DNA of 64,000 bases from Paragordius varius (taxonomy: Eukaryota > Animalia > Nematomorpha). The notes beneath the pieces were generated by a model that was given only the letters and a program-made list of their open reading frames with translations, searched no databases and was not told where the DNA came from. The stretch spans positions 9,114,001-9,178,000 of the forward strand of contig OZ176050.1 of the NCBI GenBank assembly GCA_964247055.1, read 5' to 3'. Position numbers and translations under genes: made by a program. This document shows, piece after piece, positions 49,102 through 61,723 of the stretch (position 1 is its first letter; every line of letters begins with the position of its first letter).

Positions 49102-51357
49102 ATGGGAGAAGTTTCGCATAGCAGATTATTTATATCGGGTACCATGCTAGGGGATGAAGAAAAATTTCGCAAGGAATTTTCACCTTTTGGAACCATAAAA
49201 GATATTCAAATCATATTTAACAAAGAAACTAAAGAACCAAAAGGTTTTTATTATTATATTTTTAGGTATATGTTATATCCAATTTGAAAAGGCATCTCAA
49301 GCGGCTATTGCCATGGAAGCTTTAAACCATAAAGATATATTAGAAGCCACTAATGGCTTGATTGTATAGAAAATTAAAATTATTTAATAGGTAAAAATTG
49401 CCCAAGATAGAGCCGAACCTCGTATAACAGGAAATTTAAACGATGAAGATCGAATAATGCGCATCTTTATTATGGTTCCCTCGAACGAAGATCAGGAAAC
49501 AGTCGAAAAGCATTTTTCTCAATTCGCCAAAGTATGTTTTTCATCAATCATATTTTTTTAAAATTTATTTATATATATTATAAATCTAGGTAAAACAAGT
49601 CGTTATTCTTAAAAATAATCGCCGTCGCAATTCATCATCTTTTGCTTTTGTGCGCTTTTACAAAGCTAGTGACACGGCTTTAGCATTAGAACAATGCGAC
49701 CCAAGTATTATATAATTATTACCATTTCCGATATCGCAATAAGGTTTATGCCAATAATTATTTATTTTTTGAATTTGTATTTTAACCAAATACATCACAA
49801 ATTTATATGTTAAACGTTTTATTAGTACCTTTATATTTTAGAATCATATAATTTGGAATGGCTAAAAGTATCAGTATATATTAAAATAATAAATGCGATT
49901 AAAATATTTGAAACATTTTATTTTAATTTCTGCTATTAGATAAAAATAAAAAAATGGCTTTATTATCGAATATTGGCACGAAATAATTTAATGCGGAATT
50001 GATTTACAGGAAAACGCGACAACCATATTTTAATTTTTGACAATTTTAAAGGAAAAATATAAAATGAGCTTTTACCTTTTTCTACAGAAGATTTTCTCAA
50101 AATTTAAAATATTACTTTTGCGTCAAATTTACATAAAACACTTGGATTATGCAATAAAAGATTATATTTTACAATCTAAAACCAACATACATCGAATTTT
50201 TTAAAATTACGCTTGATATAAAATTTTTTTATTAAATTACCAATGTAAAAGTAGTACATAATTTTACATAACTTTCAATATATATTATTTAAATATATTT
50301 TTATTAAATACTAAAAAATTATATGTCCGAAAATTTTTATAAAATGTTGCCATTTTTTTGATTTCGGCTTTTGGGCGTCCAAAATATTTAAATTAAAAAA
50401 ATATCGATAGTTTTCATGCATCCATTTTTTACAAATATTTTTAATTTAAGGTTTTGTTAAAATCATACGCTCTTTGCGCTTTGGTGCAAACTAATTTTTT
50501 TTAATTAACTATAAGGCTATAATTGTTTTTTACGCGATTTATACACACATATATATTATTTAAACTTTTTACCACATGAATTCTTGAGTTATTTAAGAAT
50601 AAAAATTTAGAATATCAATCTAGGATTATCTTAATGATACACTAACACAAATAATATTTAGGCGCGTTCTTCAATTTATTTTATTCTATGTCATATAAAA
50701 CTGCCATTTTTTATTTTTGGTTAATGGGAAAAAAATTTAGTATTTAAAAGTATCCAACCGCATTTATTAATTCAATATTTATATAATATAGACATTAGAT
50801 ATTAATTGATACATAAGTTGTAAATATTTACCCCATTTTTATCGCCAAGTCTTATTCAGTAATTTTATGTATTTATACAATTGCCTAATATTTTACATGA
50901 ATATTTGCTAAACATTATAATTTTTCATTTTCCTTTTAGAATATAAGGCCATTTTTGGAAAGTTGCAGGATACAACGGATCGTGAAAGGGATCGTGATAG
51001 AGATAGAAGCCGCGGTAATTTTTACTGTACTGATAGCTAAATTTAATACTGCAATTTTTTATGCCCATATAACTAACCATAAGTACCCTTAATTTTAGTA
51101 GATTAATATATGACGAAATTATTTTAGAAAATAAATAATGTTTAAATATCTTTTATTTAAATGCAACTATTTGGTTATTGGTTATAAAAATAGGATTTTT
51201 TAATTTAAAAAGTTAAAATCAGTTTAAACCTAATAATCTATTTATACTAAAAAGGCAGGGATATTTATGCAATTAATTTAATAAAAATAATTGCTTTAAC
51301 TGTTTTTTTGAACGATCTTTTAACACTATTCAAATTTATATATCTTTTGTAAATATC

Positions 51358-51407
<50 letters not shown>

Positions 51408-54400
51408 TTACTTATTAACTTTTTATAGTGTTTTGATTAGGCAATACGATTAAATTTATTATTTTATACCTTTTAAATTATAAAATTATAATTAATTGAG
51501 TTAATTTATAATTAAGTGTTGAGCTGTTGTAAATGGATATTTATATGTTTTTGGAAAGATAATTGTCAATAAACTAAATTACAATGTCCTAGGTACAATG
51601 TCAATTAAGTTTATATAAAAATGAATCATGGTAGGGTGGCTTTGCCTACCAACATAAAATAAATATTAACATCAAGTTATCAAAAATTTTCCAACATATG
51701 ATTGATTACTAAACACGATTACCTATTAATTTACGTAACATTGTTTCGATATTAGATGGATAAAAACGTTTAAAAATATATTGTAAGAAATATATTTAAT
51801 GCATTGGATATCAATCACACAAATTTTAAATAATATTTTTCTGTAGGTCAAAATAGCCGAAGTAGTTATGGTGAGAATAATCGCCGATCACGATCACCTT
51901 ACGATCGTCGGGAACGAGGTTATGACAATGAAAATTACAGTGGCAGTAACAATTATTACAATGATTTATATGGATATACCGGGATGAATGCTGGTAAATT
52001 TATATATAAATAAGCCAAGTTTTTAGGGTGATTTGAATATTTAAATTATTATATTTTTTTATTTTAATCTGCCATAAATTTTTCATGTTAAATTTGTATA
52101 ATTTATTTCACTGAACTCTAGACAACGGAAATATATTTGGTTTTGGTAAAAGTAACCGAGAAAATGCTGAATTGAGAGTTACTACTATGGTACCTGTTAA
52201 CCCGATTTCAATAAATATTCTATTTGACATAGTCCCTGGTTTGCTGAATTTCTCTGTCATTTCAGAAGGTATTGATAAATACCATTTTATACGTTATAAA
52301 GAGGGCTTATCTAGAAATGCATGATTTAATGCAAAAACTTGGTTTTTTCGGCATTAATATCATTAAATAATATTTTTAATTTCTCGGTTGATTATTTGTT
52401 ATAATTTTTTTAAAAAGATTCTTAATTTAATAAATATTTCATTTAAATTGCATTTGTGTTAATCTTAAAATTTGTAATGGACCTAATTTATAACTTAAAC
52501 TTTGCGTTAAATTTAATATAAACATATGATTTTGCTACATCAATTTTAAATTGTTATAAATAATTAATCATATGCAAGAGACAGCATGTCTCGTCAACAC
52601 ACATTTATTGTGAAAAGCGTCAATTTATAACAGAAGTATATACTTTTATAACATTTTTTTGGTTGTTTAACAATAAAGTTTTGGATTTTAGTATATGATG
52701 AATAATATTTTTTTATATAATATATCAAGTGTGCTATTGTATCACTTATGAATCACATCAAGCAGCACGTTATGCAAGAGATAAATTACGTAATTTAGAA
52801 TATCCTCCCCCACATTTTATGATCATTGATATTGTTGGTGAGGACAATATGAATCCACCACAGGATGCCATGTAAATTTTGTTTTTTTATATTTTCTTCG
52901 GTTTTTAAATTAATATAACTTTGAAAATTATTTTTAATCAGAAAAGATGTGATCAATAAATAAAAAATGACAAAAGACTATTATGGATATGAGAGTTTAT
53001 AACACAAAAAAACAAATGACGTTTAAAAACGATAACTATTTTACCCAATTATTTTTTACATAAATTATTTGACTTACTTATATGACTATATTGTGTTGTT
53101 GTGATAAAGGACCAACTTTATGACTTGCATGAATTTCATGATGGGAATGACAAATAATCATAATGCAACATTTAGCGCCGGACTGCCTCAACCACTAATG
53201 ACCATTGGTATTGTTGGATTTACTTAAAAATCACACAAACAGTTTCATTTTTTTGAGTGTGTGACAGAGACCACGCTTTTATCAATAATCCTAATTTATT
53301 ATATTATAATTTTTTTGCTTATACTTTTTCCTCCTTTGTTATATTTACTTTTTTCAAAAATTATTTAATAGTACGTCTTGTTATATAACATATATGTATG
53401 TATATATTTTATTTAAAGACTCATTCGGTGGTGGTACGGAGTATAGAGATCATAACGAAATTAATTCTTCTGAACTTAAAAGATTAACCAAAGAACGCTT
53501 GTGGGTTATGGGTTTTCCGAAAATCCCGTCTATTTCATCTTTAATAAGTACATTTAGGTACATTAAACACATTTTTTTCTTATAATCTTAACGAATATTA
53601 AAGTTACTGAATAATTTTATTATAATTTACAGCAAATTCGGTCATCTCATAACTATTATACCAGCCAAAAGTCGAAATTATGCATATGTTCATTTTGGTT
53701 CGATTGATTCTGCCAATGAAGCTATGAGAGTTGTTGATAAGACTGTTATTGAGAACATGGAAATGAAGGTTAACATAACACTAGACAACAAATTTGGACT
53801 TTTTTTAAGTGCTATTTTTGTGTAAAAAATACATAAATAGTGTATATCTGAAAAAATTGGTCCAACACACCTAAGAATTTTTTTATTAAGGTTTGTTGAA
53901 AATTTTTGGCCCCGATTTAAGATTAAACCCGAAATTTTCAAAATTAAAAGTTTTAGATGTGATGTATTATATATTATTCGAAAGAGTGCGAAAAACTGTA
54001 TCTTTCGAATGGTGCTTAGTCATATAAAACAATCTGATATAAAAGTTATTTGAGTTTATATGGTCGAAATTTTCACAAGTCAAAAATTTTCAAGGACAAA
54101 CTAATTTAAAAATCATATAATTATATCAATATAATTATTGGGGTTAATTTAATTATAAAATTTGAAAAAAATCTTTGAAGAAACTTTTGGTTTGCTTTTT
54201 AAATAAAAATTATTATTATTGAAATTATTTTACCTAGTGAATACTAAAATGCATTGTTATAACTGTAAATTTAGTACATATAATGGTTATAAAAGATCAA
54301 TTAAAATTTTGAAATTATCTTTTTAAAGAAAATTATAATATTTATGAAACGGTAATTTTTTAAAATACAAAAAACTTAAAAATGGCTGTTTTGAATGACA

Positions 54401-54976
54401 TAAAAGCAATAAATAAGTTTTTTAATCAAAAAAGCTTTCCTGTGTTATCTTTACATTCATTGCTATCTACACAAAGTTTGAACTATTTTCCTCCATGATT
54501 TAAAAATATATTAATTAAGAAACGCTATCGTTTCGTGCGTTTCCCGCTTTCTATGCCCAATATTAACTACCGATGTAAACCTATTAGTATGCATATAGAG
54601 TTTTCGTTACTCTTTCGAATGATATATTACCAATGGGCATCAAATAAAAAATTTTTTTTAGTAAAATTGTGATAAAGAGGGTGCATAACCTAAAAAATCA
54701 AATTATAAAAAATTCTTAGGTGGAATATAATTTATCTCAGATTTACTGTTAAAATAATATATTAAATATCTGAAAATGCATAAAACTGGAGTGGCAGAAA
54801 AATTTGTTATCTAGTGTAAGTTAAATAAACATTTTAATAATATCTGGTGTATAGAAATGATATTATGAAGCGAATAATTTTTGTCAATTAATTTTTTTGC
54901 TTATATAAAATAGGTGATGATTGCTGAAGCTCCCCGTAACGGAAACGATGAAGATAGAAAACGTCGTCGTTCATAA
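49102..54976 (+). CDS. RBM45: RNA-binding protein 45 (4 RRMs); exons 49102-49243, 49266-49363, 49391-49531, 49590-49704, 50940-51014, 51847-51993, 52122-52268, 52730-52871, 53110-53207, 53419-53557, 53633-53768, 54914-54976; 480 aa
   Basis: SRLF..., FSPFGTIKDI, KETKEPKGICYIQF.KASQAA.AME, RIFIMVP, LEQCDPKYKAI, LFDIVPGL, ARDKL.NLEYPP and the end VMIAEAPR...RKRRRS*. Exons sum to 1443 nt. Confidence 0.9.
51362..51402. repeat. (TA)n microsatellite; similar tracts near 22600, 24685, 27313, 32070, 46480, 54987-55032 and 61685
   Basis: Read directly from the sequence. Confidence 0.95.
53960..54820 (+). repeat. Dispersed repeat family B, copy 2, in the last RBM45 intron
   Basis: Colinear with 5600-6470 and carries an internal inverted pair at about 53975-54000 and 54595-54625. 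Confidence 0.75.
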
Positions 54977-54984
54977 TCTGTTTT

Positions 54985-55038
<54 letters not shown>

Positions 55039-55630
55039 AATTATTGTTGTGAATTATTCTTCGTTATATATTAAATACTATCCTTTTATATTGCCTAATG
55101 TCAACAAAGAAATATTCTAAGGAAATTATATATTCTTACAGGAAAATATATCAGGATTCTAGTGCTTTTGGTTTGGAGGCTTCGAGTAATATTAAAGAGT
55201 ATGTACACTATTTTGGTAATCGCTCGATGTTTGATATAGGAAAATTAGCGCACATTATGTTTGATAATTATTTTTGGTAAAAACTAAATGCTTTATTCCA
55301 AAATTTATCATTAAAGTCAATGATATACTATATTAAAAAACCAATACTAAAATTTTAATTTTTAAATGTAAATCCGAATACTAGTTTTCCTAAATAAACA
55401 AAGTAATGCCGAGATTGCGCCATAAAAATTTCAAATATTTGCTAAATTTTGACATTAAAAGAAAGTCTTTTTTGAAAAAAATGGATACTCTGTTCGAAAG
55501 TTTAAATTTTAACAAAAGTTTGTTTAAAGCGTACTTCATACCATTGAGGCATGATGGAAACGGTATAAAAACACTTTTTCTTTATAATTCAATGATGCTG
55601 AACCTTTTTATTACCTCAGATGATTTAAAT

Positions 55631-57985
55631 CAGTGATACTCAAACCGCGGGCCGCATGCGGCCCTTAGAGTGCTCTAAAATTGCCCTATGACCATATTGA
55701 TACTTATATTATTTTTTTATTGATGAATTTATAAAATGCACATAAACGAATTTCCGTAGTTTTTATTTACCCAATTTGAATGTACAAAATTTCCTTACAT
55801 TAGAATGATTTCAAAATTTTGGCACATGTTTCTGTTTCTGTATTTTATTTTCTTTCCTATTTTGACATTTTTATTGCATTCCTTTTTTGTATTTAAGTAA
55901 CCATTACACTCAAGCTCCTTATACATATTCTTTTCATTGCTATCCTGCATCATTTTTTATAACTTATTCCCATAAAATATTTTTCAAAATAACATCATTT
56001 AATTGCGACCTGTTTTTTATATAATAATTCAAATTATATTCTTAAATTTTTCAAAAATTCTACATAATATATGAACATAAATTCAAAGGATGACATCTAA
56101 AATAAACGTAAATTATCCGATGAAAATCGCTTTTTAAAAAAGAATGGGATGAAAAATTCTTTGTCGTTCAAAATAAAAATGTTGTTAACTGTCATATATG
56201 TAAGGACAACATAATTATAAAAAAATATTGAAAGAAATTTTACAATCCATTTTCATAAATTACCTGAAAATCATGAGAAAAGAAACGAAAATATAAAAAG
56301 ATTAAGGAATTATAGGAATCTATTATGTCCATAGTTCCCAGGAAAAAGCTTTAATATTAGCTTCGTATGAAATTTGTATATTTTAGGAAAAAAATAACGT
56401 TTACTGATTCCCAACTAAAAAAAGAATGTAAATGATTGCACTTTTTTTGTTAATAAATTCCATAATAAAAATTAAATCATGAGGCAAATTAGAACAAATC
56501 AACTTTCTGATTGAAACCTGTGCTCGGCGCATTCAAGATATGTCTTAATATATTTTAACAATACATTATTAACTCTGAAAAACTGCAAATATTTTAATGC
56601 TATTGATTCTAGGACTGATATTAGTTCAACACCTCAATATGAGCTCTTCGTGAGATTTTGCAACGACAACATAATCAACGACGAATATTTAAAATTTTTA
56701 CCAATGAATAATACCACGAAAGAAAGTTTTCTCGAAATAATTAGCACTTTTTTCGATAATAATGGATTATAAAATTGGTGATCTGCACAGATGGCTGCAC
56801 TCTATGATTTGAATAAACAAATATTCCACTTTTAAAAACAAAAAAAATATTTTATCCTTTCGCTGCCTTATTCATCAGCAAAACTTGGTTTCGCGTGATG
56901 AATCACTTAATTCAGTAATTAAATCGGTTGTGGATATGATTAACCACATCCGTGGCAGAGAATTTACATCCCGTATATTTAAAAACCTTTTGAAAGATGT
57001 CCACAGTGAGTTTGATAATATTATTTGTACACCGGTAAGAGGTGGCTAAGCCTTGCAAAATATTAAATATATTTTTTGTTTTAAGTTAGGAAATTCTATT
57101 ATCATAAAGATAACAAAATTGACGAGGAAATTAATAGTGACAAATGGTGTTTTATTAGCCTACCTTTGCGACATTACTTACAAACTTAGTATTTTTAATA
57201 CAAGTCTTCAAGGGAGCAAAATAATAACCCAATTTGCTAATCAAATATTGCTTTTAAAGAAAAATTAATAATATATAATCCAGATTTTATAAATAAAACA
57301 CTCCCATATTTTCCAACATTTAAACTGATTCATGAAGAAAATATAGAATTTACCGCGGAGATTAACTTAATAATAGACAATCATTTAACATTTATATAAT
57401 GAGATGAAATTCAGATTTGAATTCAAAAATTGCTTAAAATCCATTAAAATCCATGGCATCCAATATTAAGGGATTTGAGCATTTCGTTTTTGATCAGGCG
57501 CATATCATTAAAGAATTCGTAGATTTCAAAAATGATTCCAATTTGGAGCCTATATTCAAGGACAATCATAGAGTAGAAAGATATGTAGAGTTTTGGTAAG
57601 ATGTGCCAAATAAATATGAATATATTAAAAATGCGTTCAGTTATCCTAACTGTTTTTCCCTCAACTTACGCGTGTGAGATGGCATATTTTAAAATGAAGT
57701 ATGTCAAGAATGCATACAGAAATCGCTTTACCGATCATATGGACTACGTATTAAGATTGGATTGTTATTGGTTAATATCAAAATATTTTAATTTTTTATA
57801 CTAAATGGTGCAAAGCGATTTTTAGTTGGATCATGCGATACGCAAAAAATTCGTGCTGATTTAGAGTATAAATATGTGCATATTTGTTAAATAGCTATGG
57901 AATATTTGCCATTATAAGGTTCATGGCCCTCGAAAAAAAAATATATTTTATTTGGCCCGTCAAATTATTTTGGTGAGTACCACTG
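55631..57985 (+). mobile_element. Full-length but decayed hAT transposon (Buster/SPIN-like), 2355 bp
   Basis: TIRs CAGTGATACTCA and TGAGTACCACTG, with an exact TSD ATTTAAAT (55623-55630, 57986-57993). Transposase remnants FRCLIHQQ, RWLS and PSTYACEMAYFKMKYVKNAYRNRFTDH are broken by stops and frameshifts. Confidence 0.92.
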
Positions 57986-59705
57986 ATTTAAATACTCGTT
58001 CGTTATGTTAATAAATTGTTTTTTGCAAAAACTCTACCAAATTTAAAAGCAATGTAAAAAAAATCTCAGGTGATAGGCCAGTATCATTGAATTAAATAGA
58101 ATAAATGGTTATATAATATCATAAAATGTTTTATACCGTTTCCACGATGAAATACCATACGCTTCACCAAAATTTCGCTATAAATTAAAAGTTTAAGCAA
58201 AATATTAATTTCTCAAAAACAACTTATTTTGATGTAAATTTGGCATATATAGAATTTTCATCGCGCAATCTCGGCCCTTTCGAAACTTTATGTAATAAAA
58301 CTTGCTCATTTTAGACTAATCCTAAAATTTTTAAGCTTTTGGAGTCCACATCTAAAATTAAAAATACCATAATATTCTTTTTATTTTTAAGTTAATAAAA
58401 AATTATAGTGTTTGGAATGAAGCATTTAGCATTTACCAAAAATATTATCTAACAAATCGCTCTTTGCCATTTTCTGATATGGAGCAGTTACGACAAATAT
58501 ATAAATACCTTTCTTTGATCACTTGTAAGGGCAAAAAGCACCATGATAATCTTAATATATTTTCCTATAAGAATATATATTTTTAATGATTTTTTTGTCG
58601 ACACTGTGTAAAGATGCAAAAACTTCATTGTAAATTGTTATATTGTTTTTTAACAGGTAATTAATCTGTGACAAAGATCTATTTGAAAAAGTATTTGTAA
58701 AAAACGATAATTTACATTTTAATAAATTTAAAATATTTTAGCTAAATTTAATTTTTCCAATATAATATAAAAGAGGTTGAAAATTTTATAATTATTGGCT
58801 TTGATTAATATATCTTAAAACGCTTCTCAACTATATATGCCCTTTAAGCTACAAAGCTTCAGTAAGTCGCATTCAGAGTCACTTTACTGAAATTAAGTTA
58901 ATACTCCATAAGTATTAATGAATAAAGTTTAAAATGCTCATTAAAAAAACAATCTAATTCTTTACTGGATCCGCTATTGAGTATCATTTGAGTTTTCTAG
59001 AAGTAATAAACATGAGATAGATCTCAAAATCCTTTATATTTTACATATTAGTTGAATTGAAAAGTTACTCCTGTAAATATGAAAATAGCTGTATCCTGTC
59101 ACCCGGTGCTGTAGCTAGTTAACATGGTTTTGATTACATTTTTATATTGCATTTGATTATTTATACATTTCCAATAAATTGCTTGAGCACTTTAATTTTT
59201 GGGGGCGTATTTTTTCATTACTGATGCTGAACTCTAGGGCTAATAATAAGGGCTTGACCGTGATTAATGCATTCATAAATATAATAAATGGCCATAATTA
59301 ATTGATGGATAATTACACAATATTGACAAGAAACGTATTTCGACGGCGTTATTTTGCATAGGGTGAGGTGTTTTAAGGGCCAATATTGACCAATATTACG
59401 TTTATATGCTTTCATAAGTATTCGTAGAATTGAAAATAAGCAAATTTGGTTTTGAAAAACGCTATTTTTAAGGAATTGGGCCTGAACACAGGGGTTAATT
59501 TACAAAATGGCCTGATCATGATCAGCGCATTAATAAATGAATATGATCCATTATTTAAATAAACCTATTCGTTTCCTGGAAAATAGCTTTTAAACATGAT
59601 TTTAGGGACTTCACTTTTTAAAACCTTTTTTAAGAGGTTTTAGACACATGGTTATACAAAAAGTGGCTTGATAATTGGCTTATTAAATAAATAAAAATAT
59701 CTAAA

Positions 59706-60448
59706 GCTGATGATATCATCCTCACCGCAACATCAATGGAAGAAATTAATTAATACAACACATGGAAATAACACTTAGAAAAGGGTGGAAAGATAAATAT
59801 AAGCAAAACAAAGGTCCCGATAACGGGTGAAATTGTATATAAACGACCGAAGTTTCCATGTGGAGTGTTTAAAACTCATCCCTATAAATTTCTTGTAACA
59901 AGTGGATAGACAAAAATCGCTTATAAAAGGAAGATTAGTCAATGAAAAAATTGTATTTGAATCATGCAAAAATAATTAAATCACTCACCTACTTCCCTAA
60001 ATTATCTTTATAAGTCAGAAGCCAAAATTGAAGTGGTTAATTTAAAATATTTGGGCGATTTTATACTAGGTGAAATAAACCAGATATGGAACCCAACATG
60101 CTTGGGTAAAATACCATCAACTTAAAATAGCGCTCAAAAATAACATATCTGCAAAAAACAAAGGCCTGATCTACAAAGCAGGCATATGTTTCATACTATG
60201 GAAGCGGGACATGGCCGATGACAGATTCAATTGAGAAAAAACTGATAAACATAGAGAAGGCAATGTAATTATTCGATCCCAATAGCTCAAAATCGAACTT
60301 GCATCAACTCTACCAAATTGAACTATAATGCTCAGAAGTAATAGACTCAGATATGGGGTCATCAAACGTTTGACCATAACCCCTGGGAGGATCGCAAAGC
60401 AGCTTCTATACGGATACAATGGCTAGCCATTACACAAAGACGATACGA
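59706..60448 (+). pseudogene. 5'-truncated, deletion-riddled copy of the STE24-intron LINE
   Basis: Aligns to about 20882-21821, for example CCTCACCGCAACATCAATGGAAG and TACGGATACAATGGCTAGCCATTACACAAAGACGATACGA. Confidence 0.92.
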
Positions 60449-61088
60449 TTGAATTTAAATGGGCTTACCGTTTCTGGAAATGCTTCCAAACGATATTTAT
60501 TTTTATCTATAGACAAAGACGATAATATATATCATACGATAGATGATGCTGAAAACTAGTCAACTCATTAATCTCATCATCTTACTACTTTTCCGAATTA
60601 CGGCGGACAGAGTATCGTTATCCAGTTGAGTTTTTTCCATAAAAACAGTTAATGATAATCAAAAATAATTACTCTACTAATTTAAACTAGGTTAAGGATA
60701 CAGTTGATCCATCAATATCATTATTATTCAACCACTCACCTTTGCTCCTTATACCGAGAAATTGTAGACGGTCAAGAGTATTGGTATCAAGTCGAGTTTT
60801 TTTTCATAAGTTATAAAATAGTCATACTATACTCATTTTAGCCAAGTTAAACATACAATATATAAATTATTTTTATACTTAGTACATTAAAGATCATGGC
60901 TAGATGTAGGTTGAAATACATCCAGGATTTGATAAAAATTATCTGATACCATGTATATTAAAATTTGTGTGTAATATTAATAATTTCAATAAATCATATA
61001 TTATTAATGACCTATAATTTATTTTGTCATTCTATATTCAAAAAAAACATTTGTTAATAATACGTTAAATATATGCAATTAATATATT

Positions 61089-61687
61089 TTAAGCCAATCC
61101 AAATCCTTCGGTACATTCCAAAATGGCCTTAAGGAGCATGGCTCTCAATTTTTCATATGTTTCATAGGCAGGAAGATCCAATTGATTGAAGCTAATATAG
61201 AAAGTATTATATAGTAAAATTTGATTAAAATAATTGCATAATATAAATCTATTATGAAACTAACCAGGTATGAGCTGATGGCAAACGATCAGTAGACCGA
61301 TTATCACGATATATTTGGAATTTTTGAACACCGTTCATACCTTCCAGCGAAGCGAAACCTTGTAACGGTACTTTGGATGTTCCAGTCACAAATTGTAAAA
61401 ATTTAGCCTTAGTTGCAGCATCAAAACTTTTGAGTGCCCTCCAAAACCAAACGACCTAAAAATTAAATAAAAAGTATTAATCTTTGTGTTTAATGTAATA
61501 ACAAATATTTGCAAAAGTATACTTGTGGTGAATCTGATTGATACTTATGATATTCAGTATTAGTTTTCAAATCTTCTATGTTAAATTTGGGCAATCCTGA
61601 TATAAATAGTTCCAATTCTTGTTCATTGAAAATGGATATAAGACTTTTGGGGATTATATCGTAAAACCCGTCCAAAAAGCTAATAAT

Positions 61688-61723
<36 letters not shown>

